IMG/VR virus record: IMGVR_UViG_3300008011_000123
Span: 1 to 24,966 of that record
Source: a virus
Lineage: Duplodnaviria > Caudoviricetes
Direction: 5' to 3' (one strand)
Length of the DNA stretch: 24,966 nucleotides
Shown here: positions 5,806-14,700 of the stretch, one piece after another
How positions within the stretch are numbered: position 1 is the stretch's first letter
How the letters are laid out: every line of letters starts with the position of its first letter
Notes under the pieces: model-generated
Databases searched by the model: none
Seen by the model: the letters and a program-made list of their open reading frames with translations, nothing else
What the model was told of the DNA's origin: nothing
Made by a program: the position numbers and the translations under genes

Positions 5806-8437
5806 CATCGCAATCATTGTGCAGAACAGTCACGATCAGCGCGGGCGCGCGGCGACGAAACTTGTCAACGCCGTGTTCCCTTACGCCCGCTGCACGTTGG
5901 TCAACATGCGCAGTTACGTCAAAGGCTTCTGGGAATTGAAGCCCGGCACGAAAGAAACAATGCACGTTGGCGAAGGCGGGCACGAGCGGTTCGCGGAAAC
6001 GTGGGCGAAATTGGCGGACGGCCGCTACGATGCTGTCGTTTGTTTCGACGCCGGGCTAGCGCACCACGTGCTGCCACCGCGTGACGCAGCCACGATTAAG
6101 TCCACCGATCCGCTGGCCGGTATGGTCGTGCGGCATATGGGTCTGCCGGTGCTGTTCATCATGGACCCGCTGTGGACATACGGACGCAGTCACGACGCAG
6201 AAACGCAGGCCGTGCGGACTTTGATGATGATGTTTCATTTGAAGAAGCTGTGGGCGGCGCTCCAAGGTTTGCCGGTGCTGGAAAAGCCTGTGCAAGTTGC
6301 GGTGACGACGAGTGTGGCCGACCTGCGCGCGCTTGAGGAACTGGCAGCCGGCTCCGAAGCAATCGCGGTGGATATCGAGACTTCCGGCGGGTTCATTAGC
6401 TGCGTCGGTTTCGCAATGGAGTGCCCCGGCCGCGCCGCAAACCCTGTTTTTGTTGTCCCGTTGATGGTCAACATTGGCGACGGCAGTTATTGGGCGAATG
6501 AAATCACGTTGAATTTTGCGCTCGATACGATCGGCCGGGTGCTTGGCAATGACGTGCCGAAAATCATGCACAACGGCGGCACGTTTGACGCGGCTTGGCT
6601 GTTTCGCTACGGCTGGTGCCCGAGCAATTTCGTCTGGGACACGCAGCATATGATCCACGCGACGTGGCCGACGATGCCGAAAGCGCTTTACAACGGCGCC
6701 GGGCTGCTGCTTGGGAATTACAGATACTGGAAAGACGACGGGAAAGACGTTGACGAGCAGGGCAAAGCGAAATGGCAAGTGCCGACGCGGCCCGATGCGG
6801 CGCTGAGATACTGGCACTACAACGGGCTGGACTGCGCGAATACGTTGGAATTGTTCGTGGCCATCGTGCGCATGTGGGAGAAGGACGCCGCGATTGCGCC
6901 CCGCATTCCGGAATGGCAAGCCGGGTTCAAATACGCGTGGCGGAATTACGTGCGCGAAATCGCGCTCCAACTCGGCCCGTGCCTGTATATGTCGATGCAC
7001 GGCATGAAAGCTGACACCGCCCGGCAGGCTGGTTTGAAGAATAAACTGGTGGCCGAGGCGCGGGAAGCTGCGGAAAAACTAGAGGTGCTGGTGGACGACC
7101 CCAATTTCAACCCGAACAGCCCGCCGCAAGTCGCCGATTTGATTTACAACGTGCTGGACATCAAGCCGCTGGCCCGCAAAGGCAAGACCACCGACAAGCG
7201 CGTGACCGCCACGTTCGCCGACATGCACCCGATTTACGCCGACGTTATCCACGCCATCGAAGCCGTGAAAGAGCCGCGGAATAACGCCAGCAAATACGGC
7301 GACATGCCAAATTGGGGCGGCCGGATACTTTATTCCCTGAAAGCCGGGAACACTGTCACGACGCGGCTGGCCAGCAGTCAACACGCGTTTCGGGTCGGCA
7401 CGAATTTCCAGAATTACCCGTCCTCTATGCGCGAGTGGCTTGTGGCCGACGACGGCACCGTGTTTGTCTCGACAGACTACAGCCAGTCCGACAGTTATTT
7501 CGTCGCGTTTGAAAGCCAAGACAAGACGATGATGGATACGGTGACGGACGACCGTGATACCCACGCTGTCCACGTCGAGTTTTTCTTCGGGGATAAGTAT
7601 GAAGATGTTGTCCGGGGCGTGGCGGAGAAGGCTGCGTGGGTTGTGCACCCGGTCACCGGCAGGCGGCAGATCATCAAGAAAGTCAGCCACGGGACAAACT
7701 ACGACATGGGCGGCGCGACGATGCTGCTGAACGTGCGGAAAGACGCGGCCATCGCGATGTGCAATGCGCTGCTCGCCAGCCGGAACGCCAAGTTGTTCAT
7801 GAAATACATGGGGCTGGACATGGAAAAACCGGCGCAGCACTACATCGGTCACGCCAGCCTGTGGTCCACGCCGCAGTTGGAGAAGGCTTGCGAATTTGCG
7901 CAGCGGCTGTATTACTTGCGGTATAAAACGCTGGCGGACTGGAAGAAACTTTCCATCGGGGACGCAGCGCGGATGCACGGTTTGATCCCGATGTTCGGCG
8001 GCAGCACGGCAGTTATGGTTTGCAACCCGGCTAGAAACCCGCGGTTCGTTCCGGCGGCAAAAGGGCAGGGCGGAACGGCGGGAAATATCAACAACGCAAT
8101 GCTGCGGCTTTACTTCCTCGCGGAATACATGTGGCGGCGCGGGTTCAAAATGGTGCTGCAAGTCCACGACGAATTGGTCGTCACCGTCCCCGAAAATGAC
8201 CTCGACCTTATCCGCGCGAAGATCGCCATCATGGAAACGCCGTGCGAAATCCACGGCCGCAAATTCACCATTCCGGTCGAAGCAGAAATCTCCCGCTCTT
8301 GGAGCAAGAAAGCCACCGTCCATTTCACCGGCCTTGACAACGAAGCGCAGTCAAGCTACCTTACACGTATCAATGAAGTAGAGGCCAAACTGGCTTCCAG
8401 CTTTGAAAAATACATCCCCTTCACACACTTGGCATGA
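5795..8437 (+). CDS. polA: Phage DNA polymerase family A with 3'-5' exonuclease and degenerate N-terminal UDG-like domain (880 aa)
   Basis: ExoI VDIET, ExoII HNGGTFD, ExoIII YNGLD; TTRLASS, NFQN; motif A DYSQSD, motif B RQIIKKVSHGTNY, motif C LQVHDEL. Start re-called to ATG 5795 (MATSIAII). Confidence 0.95.
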   Translation: MATSIAIIVQNSHDQRGRAATKLVNAVFPYARCTLVNMRSYVKGFWELKPGTKETMHVGEGGHERFAETWAKLADGRYDAVVCFDAGLAHHVLPPRDAATIKSTDPLAGMVVRHMGLPVLFIMDPLWTYGRSHDAETQAVRTLMMMFHLKKLWAALQGLPVLEKPVQVAVTTSVADLRALEELAAGSEAIAVDIETSGGFISCVGFAMECPGRAANPVFVVPLMVNIGDGSYWANEITLNFALDTIGRVLGNDVPKIMHNGGTFDAAWLFRYGWCPSNFVWDTQHMIHATWPTMPKALYNGAGLLLGNYRYWKDDGKDVDEQGKAKWQVPTRPDAALRYWHYNGLDCANTLELFVAIVRMWEKDAAIAPRIPEWQAGFKYAWRNYVREIALQLGPCLYMSMHGMKADTARQAGLKNKLVAEAREAAEKLEVLVDDPNFNPNSPPQVADLIYNVLDIKPLARKGKTTDKRVTATFADMHPIYADVIHAIEAVKEPRNNASKYGDMPNWGGRILYSLKAGNTVTTRLASSQHAFRVGTNFQNYPSSMREWLVADDGTVFVSTDYSQSDSYFVAFESQDKTMMDTVTDDRDTHAVHVEFFFGDKYEDVVRGVAEKAAWVVHPVTGRRQIIKKVSHGTNYDMGGATMLLNVRKDAAIAMCNALLASRNAKLFMKYMGLDMEKPAQHYIGHASLWSTPQLEKACEFAQRLYYLRYKTLADWKKLSIGDAARMHGLIPMFGGSTAVMVCNPARNPRFVPAAKGQGGTAGNINNAMLRLYFLAEYMWRRGFKMVLQVHDELVVTVPENDLDLIRAKIAIMETPCEIHGRKFTIPVEAEISRSWSKKATVHFTGLDNEAQSSYLTRINEVEAKLASSFEKYIPFTHLA

Positions 8438-8452
8438 GAAAGGATAACTCCT

Positions 8453-8863
8453 ATGCCCGATCGTAATCGCACCATCGACGACAGCGGTATCCGCCTCGGC
8501 GGAAATTTGCTTGAATTGGCCCCCATCACCGGCACCGGCGTTGCACCCGAAGACGCGCTGGCAATCGCAGGCCCGCTGGCCGCTTTCCTCAACAGCTTGC
8601 CCTACTATCTGGACGAACAGGGGCACCTCGCCTACAAGTCGAACACCACCACGCTGACGCACACGCCCATCCTGCGCTACGGGCCGACGCATCCGCTGGC
8701 CGGTGAACTGATCACGGCGCTGTTCAACGACGGGGCTTATGCTGTCCAATACGGCGGCGCCCCCATGCCCTTCATCGACTTGGACATGATCGGGCCGGTC
8801 GCGCTCCGGATGCTGCTGAAAATCCTGACGGAAATCGCGGAAGTGCAAGCCAGCGCGACGTAA
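8453..8863 (+). CDS. Hypothetical protein (136 aa)
   Basis: SD AAGGA upstream; C/G-ending codon bias; followed by a terminator-like hairpin. Confidence 0.8.
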   Translation: MPDRNRTIDDSGIRLGGNLLELAPITGTGVAPEDALAIAGPLAAFLNSLPYYLDEQGHLAYKSNTTTLTHTPILRYGPTHPLAGELITALFNDGAYAVQYGGAPMPFIDLDMIGPVALRMLLKILTEIAEVQASAT

Positions 8864-8890
8864 ATCCGGCAGCCGGAAAGCTACGAACTG

Positions 8891-8926
8891 AGAGGAAGGG
8901 TCAACGCGGCTCTTCCTCTTTTACTT
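8891..8926 (+). terminator. Rho-independent terminator
   Basis: AGAGGAAGGGUC-AACGC-GGCUCUUCCUCU 12-bp stem (two G-U pairs) followed by TTTACTT. Confidence 0.7.
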
Positions 8927-8954
8927 ACGCCGCACAAGAACAGGTCCAAGACTA

Positions 8955-10532
8955 ATGGATAAAATAAGCGACGCTTTGGGGAAATTGGAAAACGAGACAG
9001 TGCGCGTATATCTGCATCTGATGCGGAACACCGAATCGCCGCCGCTGTTTCACGTCTGGTCTTTGCTGAGTGCAGCAAGCGCCTGCATGACCCGCCGGTG
9101 CTGGTTTCCGCTTGGCCAGCTGAAAGTTATGCCGAACCAGTATATCATGCTTGTTGGCGCGCCGGGCGTCCGGAAATCTACCGCCGTGAATTTCGCGAGG
9201 AAACTTGTCGAAGAAATTGAGGGCATCCGGTTTGCGCCAAATTCAACCGGCGGCCATTTGCAGGGCTTCATCGCGGCCATGAATGAAATGCAGGAGCGGC
9301 AAGAAGCAGAGGACCACGGGCTGAATGAAGCGATCGACCAGATGGATAATTTCAATCTTGGCGCGCTCGCACCCGACCTCGAAGATGAATTGGCGCCGAC
9401 CCATGTCATGAACCGCAGCGCGCTGTATGTGGCCGAGGGCGAATTGACTGGTTTTCTCGGCAAGAAACAGGACACTTTCATCAACTTCCTCGGCGACATG
9501 TGGGACAAGTCTGGCGAGTTGCAGCACGTCTACCAGATCAAGCGCGAGAAATTAACGGTGCGTTTGCCGTGCGTGAATATGATCGGCGGCATCACGCCGG
9601 TGCACATCACGAGTTACTTGCCGATCGAAGCTGTCGGGCAGGGGTTTACCAGCCGGATCATGCTGGTCTATTCGGACTACAGGAAGAACGTGCCGTGGCC
9701 CGAGCCGCTTGACGAGGATACTGTCCGGCAGGTGAAGAAGATAATGCGCTGGATTTTCGAGGTCAAGGAAGGGCCGTTTGAAATTGGAGAGAACGTGAAG
9801 GACCGCATTATCGAATTGTATTCCTTCAAGCCGAAGATCGAAGACGCGCGGTTCATCCACTACGCTGAGCGCCGGCAGTCACATTTGCTGAAAGCGGCCA
9901 TGGCACTTTGCGCAATCCGGATGGACAACGTGGTGTCGGTCGCGGACGTAAACGACGCCCACAATCTGCTGCTTTTGACTGAGTTGAAGATGATCGAAAG
10001 CCTCGGCGAATACGGGCTGACCCCGATGGCGCTGGCACGGACCCGGATCGGCGACTTGTTGCGCCGCCACGAAGAGCCAATGACATTGCAGCGGGTGCTG
10101 ATGGCCTGCGGGAGCGACTTGAACAGGGCGGACATCACGCGCGCGCTGACGGAAATGACGTTGACAGGGCAAGTAATCGAAGTCAAACTGCGCGACGCAA
10201 ACAATGCGCAGACGACTGGATTTGCCCGGCCGATGGACAAGAACCCGTTCAGCAAAGGGCAGATGGTGGACGTTGAGTATCTGGTCAAAGATCAAGACGG
10301 CAGCAAATCGGCGGGCGGAAATTCTGCGCGCAAGTCAGGCGTCTCGACGCTGCAAATCGACGACGCGCAACCACCCGAGCGGCCGATACTGCGCGCTGAA
10401 ATGAGGAATAAACTGGCGAAACTGCCGGAAGCCGGAGAAGCGGATACGGGCGGGAAGAGCCTAGCCGAGCAGGGCTTTGCATCTGTGCAAGACAAGTTGA
10501 ATAAGATCATCAACCTGACCAGAAGGAGTTAA
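8955..10532 (+). CDS. DUF3987/YfjI-like P-loop ATPase, probable replicative helicase (525 aa)
   Basis: TESPPLFHVW, NQYIMLVGAPGVRKST, LYVAEGEL, FLGDMWD, PCVNMIGGITP, GQGFTSRIMLV; probable winged helix near the C-terminus. No primase domain seen. Confidence 0.75.
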   Translation: MDKISDALGKLENETVRVYLHLMRNTESPPLFHVWSLLSAASACMTRRCWFPLGQLKVMPNQYIMLVGAPGVRKSTAVNFARKLVEEIEGIRFAPNSTGGHLQGFIAAMNEMQERQEAEDHGLNEAIDQMDNFNLGALAPDLEDELAPTHVMNRSALYVAEGELTGFLGKKQDTFINFLGDMWDKSGELQHVYQIKREKLTVRLPCVNMIGGITPVHITSYLPIEAVGQGFTSRIMLVYSDYRKNVPWPEPLDEDTVRQVKKIMRWIFEVKEGPFEIGENVKDRIIELYSFKPKIEDARFIHYAERRQSHLLKAAMALCAIRMDNVVSVADVNDAHNLLLLTELKMIESLGEYGLTPMALARTRIGDLLRRHEEPMTLQRVLMACGSDLNRADITRALTEMTLTGQVIEVKLRDANNAQTTGFARPMDKNPFSKGQMVDVEYLVKDQDGSKSAGGNSARKSGVSTLQIDDAQPPERPILRAEMRNKLAKLPEAGEADTGGKSLAEQGFASVQDKLNKIINLTRRS

Positions 10533-10537
10533 CGCAT

Positions 10538-11143
10538 ATGCGTAATTACATGATCGACATCGAAACGTGCGGACTGGCACATAACAGCGTCGTGTGGGCG
10601 GTGGCAATCCAGCCGTTCATTTTGGTCGGCAGCACCACCTCGCTCGACGGACCGGGAAAGATGGTGCTGATGGACCCGGCAGAACAACTGCAACACGCGG
10701 CGGCTGGTCGGCTTGTCGTGAACGAAGAAACAATCAGGTGGACGCAAAGTCACGGCGACGCGGAAAACTTCATGCCGTGGTGGCAGGCGTTCAACAGCGG
10801 CGGCGAGGTCGATATGGATTTTTCGGTCTACAGCATCGCGGATTTGGCGCTGGAAATTCGCCTGCACAACGGCTCGGACAACAATGCGCTTTTCTGGTGC
10901 AAGGGCAAGGAGTTTGATTTCAGCATCCTGAAATACCAATTCGCACTGGCGGGCCGCAACGAGCCGTGGCACTACAAGAACCTGATGTGTATGCGCACGA
11001 TGGACGGCCTGCTGCGGCACGGCATCGGCGCAGACAGCAAACGACCGGCGCCCAGCCACAACGCGCTCGAGGACGCGCAAGCCCAAGTGCACCTGCTCGG
11101 CGACAATCTGCGGGCGTATGACAACATGCGGGGGATTGCGTGA
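10538..11143 (+). CDS. DEDDh 3'-5' exonuclease (exonuclease VIII / RNase AS-like, 201 aa)
   Basis: YMIDIET, WCKGKEFDFSIL, PWHY...CMRT, HNALEDA; SD AAGGAG. Confidence 0.9.
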   Translation: MRNYMIDIETCGLAHNSVVWAVAIQPFILVGSTTSLDGPGKMVLMDPAEQLQHAAAGRLVVNEETIRWTQSHGDAENFMPWWQAFNSGGEVDMDFSVYSIADLALEIRLHNGSDNNALFWCKGKEFDFSILKYQFALAGRNEPWHYKNLMCMRTMDGLLRHGIGADSKRPAPSHNALEDAQAQVHLLGDNLRAYDNMRGIA

Positions 11144-11604
11144 TGATGGATGATCTTGAATCTGGTGCCATGCTGCTCGAGCAGATCGAGACCGGCATCG
11201 AGGCGCTGCAACTCGTCGCGCACAGGGCCAGCAAAAATCGCGGCTGGTGGAGAGACCCGGTCAGCGGCGAGAACCTGCTGCCACTCGGACTTGGCGCGGA
11301 AGGGCCGACAAGCGAAAAGCTGGCCGCGTGGTTTCCGTATGTCGTGGCCGCGAAAATTGCGCTGATCCACAGCGAGGTTTCTGAAATGCTGGAAGCCTAC
11401 CGGAAAGACGCGCAAGACGACAAGCTGCCCGAATTTTCCGGCGTCACCGTGGAAATGGCGGACGTGCTGATCAGGGTCGCCGACCTCGCTGGCGCGTTGA
11501 ATTTGCCGGTGGCACTCGCCTTGCGGGAAAAGCTGATCTACAACGCCATCCGCGCCGACCACAATCCGGAAGCGCGCGCGGCACCCGGCGGGAAGAAATT
11601 CTGA
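11140..11604 (+). CDS. MazG-like NTP pyrophosphohydrolase (about 154 aa)
   Basis: KIALIHSEVSEMLEAYRK and EMADVLIR acidic motifs, K..YN..R.DH; start could be 11140, 11143 or 11146. Confidence 0.85.
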   Translation: MMMDDLESGAMLLEQIETGIEALQLVAHRASKNRGWWRDPVSGENLLPLGLGAEGPTSEKLAAWFPYVVAAKIALIHSEVSEMLEAYRKDAQDDKLPEFSGVTVEMADVLIRVADLAGALNLPVALALREKLIYNAIRADHNPEARAAPGGKKF

Positions 11605-11684
11605 TGGACGACTTCATCCTCGCCGTGATCATGTTCGTCACGTTCTGGGCGACCATGTCCAGCCTGCTCGGCTACACGCCGTAG
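11604..11684 (+). CDS. Putative 26-aa single-pass membrane microprotein (MDDFILAVIMFVTFWATMSSLLGYTP)
   Basis: TGATG overlap with MazG stop; every codon after the ATG ends in C or G; hydrophobic core; ends just before the terminator. Below the ORF-track size cut-off. Confidence 0.6.
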   Translation: MDDFILAVIMFVTFWATMSSLLGYTP

Positions 11685-11710
11685 ACCCCGCAGCCGCCTC
11701 GCGCGCACAC

Positions 11711-11756
11711 AAAAAGGCCCCGGTTGGCATAACGCTGACCGGGGCCTTTTTCGTTT
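11711..11756. terminator. Bidirectional rho-independent terminator between convergent modules
   Basis: AAAAAGGCCCCGGT...ACCGGGGCCTTTTT perfect 14-bp inverted repeat with A and T tails. Confidence 0.95.
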
Positions 11757-11770
11757 CAGTAGCTGCGAAG

Positions 11771-14700
11771 TTATTCCGGCGGGGTGCCGGCTTCCGGGTT
11801 CAGCAGCGCGTTAAACTCCACTCCGGCCGCCCGCAACCGCATGACAGACGCGTAATCGTGCCCGTAGACTTCGCCGAGTTGCCCGACCACTCGATCCAGC
11901 GCACGTTCCGCCCGCGTTTTTGTCCCCATTTCAGCCGTGTAATTCAGCCACCGGGGCCACTGGTCCTCGCGGCCGCCCGCCGAAATGTAGCTGTCCAGAA
12001 ACCGCAGCGCCGTTTCCTCGTCGAGCGACCCGTCCCGGAAACCGCGCAGCATTTGACTGCGGACCCGCGCCATGTCGGCCACGCGCTGCGATTGGGCTTG
12101 CGAGTTTTCCCAGAGCGCCGCCGAGACCTGCATTTCGTTCATGGTCCGGACGCCGATCAGTCGGGACAGTAAGCCCATGCCGCTGCGCGTGTCGTCGAGG
12201 ATCAGATTGCCCCGCCGGTCGATGCGCTCGCCGATTGCCAAGTCAGCCATGCTGCGGAAACCGCGCGACGGACCGTAGTTGGCAATGACCTCGCCGATGC
12301 GCGCCGTGTCAAATCCGCGGCCATTTACGGCGTTGGAGAGTTCTTCGCTGGTGCGCTTGACGCCCTCGCGCAGCCCTTCCCCCGTTTGCATGGCGAGAGA
12401 AATTGCGGGCGGAATAACCGGCGCTTGGAAGTTGAGGTCGCCGGAAGAATAGAGGTTCAAGCCGGTGTCTGCGCCGAGCAGTTTTGGCAAGCTGGACACG
12501 CTGCCAGACATAAGCAAATCGCCCATGCCCTTGCCCAGATTTTGGTGGATGCGCTCGTTCAGGCTGGTCGCGCCGCGCTCGTCCGCCTGCATGTTGCTGC
12601 CGTTGAAGTAAAGCGCGTTCAGCTGGTCCCATCCCGGCAGCCCGGCCATCCCGAAAATCCCCGCCTGCGTCATGGCTTGGATGGCCAGCGACCGCTTGTT
12701 GCCGTCTTGGATATAACGGAACAGCCGCTGGTAGATGTTGATCGAGTAGGACTGGAACAGCCCGAACGGAATACCGGCGCTGCCGCGGAATGCCTCGCCG
12801 CGGATATTGGGCGCAAAGTCGGCGATGTTGAGGTTGGAAAACTTATGGGCAAACGCGTGTTGCGCAGCTTCGGAAAGCCCCTCGCGGCCTGACTGCCGGA
12901 TAAGCGCCAAGCCAGCCATGTGCGCAACGGCCCGCGAGAACGTTTCAGACCGCTCGGACAGGCTTGGCGCAGAAGGCGTGGCGCCCCGGTTTTTCATCCC
13001 AAAGTTGATCACGCGGTTGTAGATGTCCGTCATGCCGATGAAGTCTTCGAGGATATCAGCCGTGTTCCGCTGCCCGTAGTTGTTCAGCTTGTTCAATTCT
13101 TCCAGCATATTTGCCGAAAGATACCCCCGCTGCGCGGCAAACTTATACGCCGCCGGGTCATTGAACACCATGTGCCAGCCTTCGAGAAACGCTTTGATCG
13201 GGCTGACCGTGGCAAACCCGCGCTCCGGGTCAATGTAGTCCGCCAAGTAGCCGAGCCGTTCCGCAAAGCGTTCCGCCGTTTCGCCCGTCCGCCGGATCAT
13301 CTGGTCGCGCACCGCCGGCAAAGTCACCGCCAGCCCCATCATGTTGAGGATCGGGTGCGCGATGTTCATATGCTTGAGCATAAAGCTGGCCGCGATCCGA
13401 TTTGCCGATTGCAGTTGGCGGCGCAGTTTGTAAGGGTCCGCGCTGATCCGGCCCTTGAACACGTCCTTCAAATCCGGCCGGTTGACCAGATGCGTAAACG
13501 GCGCGTAATTCGCGATTGCGTCCTCGACGTGTTTCCGCTGCGGCGCCGTCAGCCGGGCCAGCAGTTTGTTGTCGGTGCCGTTGATGATGGCGTCCGCCGC
13601 GCGCATGTTCCACGGCATGATGTCTGTCATGCGCCCGACGGTGGTGTTGTAGAGGCTGTCCACCCAATCGTGGGCACGGCGCGCGTGGCTGTCAACCGGA
13701 AGGCGGTCGCGGGCCAGCAGCAGATTTTCCCATTGTTCGGCCGCCGAGAAGTGCGTTTTCTGCCCGCGGACGCCGCCGCTGTCACCGTTGATGTGCGCCG
13801 TCCGCCGCGTGTTGGCAAAAGACTGCGAATACAAGCCAGTCAGCGTCCGGTCCTTGATGTCGTCAAAGCTGTTCCGCATCGCGATCATGTGTTCGGCCAT
13901 CAGTTCTTCCGGATTTGACATGCGGAAATCGAAATTGCGCCCGCCGCCCGCGCCAGTCTGCCGGTAGCCGCTCCAGTCCTGCAAGTTGGACAAGAAATTC
14001 TGGTCAGTCTGCTCGAAGTATTCGCGGATTTGCTCGGCCTTCATGGGGACCAGATGCTGCTCCGGCGGCAGTTTGGCATTGTGCGCATCGAGGGCGCGCC
14101 GCACTTCCGTTTCAACTTCCTGCACGGTGCGGCCCTTGATGTAGCCGACGACGCGGTTGGTTTTCGGGTCAGAGATATACCGCATTTCGTATCGCGAAAA
14201 ATCCGGAGCCGGCAAGTGGCCGTTCAGTTTGCTCTTCACGTGCAGACCCGATTGCCGGCGCAGAAAATTCTCAGCTTCGAGCAGCTTATACTGAATGGCG
14301 GTCGACATATTAAGCCGCTTCGCACCTTGTTCCGAAAGCTGGATCGGCACATACCGGCCCTCAGTCGCGGCGATAGTCACGTCAAAAAGATGCCACGGTT
14401 GGCCAGCGTCAGGCGCGCCGCGCAATGGCCCGAGGATTTCCAGCAGATGCGCCGCGCCGGGCCGGGTCATGTCAATCGCGTTCAGCCCCGGGACATACGC
14501 TTCCTCGACAAGCGCAACGCCGCGCGAGACCAGCGCGTAAGTCTGCCCGTATTCCGCCAGCACCCGCGCGCCCATGCCGGTCGTGTCGGCAAACAACTCG
14601 CGGTCCAATTGCGCAATCGGCAGAAGCTGCTCCTGCTTGATCGCGTCGATGGCCGTCTGCGCGATTTGGCCCTGCGTGTGCGCGTGTTGCAGCGTGTCTT

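Noticed and set aside
8441-8452. AGGA-TAAC-TCCT mini-hairpin covering the SD of the 136-aa gene
   Set aside because: Only 4 bp; too weak to call regulatory without conservation data.
8879-8889. AGCTACGAACT resembling AGCTGCGAAGT at 11761-11771 as a phage promoter motif
   Set aside because: Only two short imperfect copies in inconsistent positions; compatible with chance.
5795-11604. Diaminopurine (Z) or other modified-base pathway suggested by PolA plus MazG
   Set aside because: No PurZ, DatZ or base-modifying enzyme in the window; MazG-like genes are common in ordinary phages.
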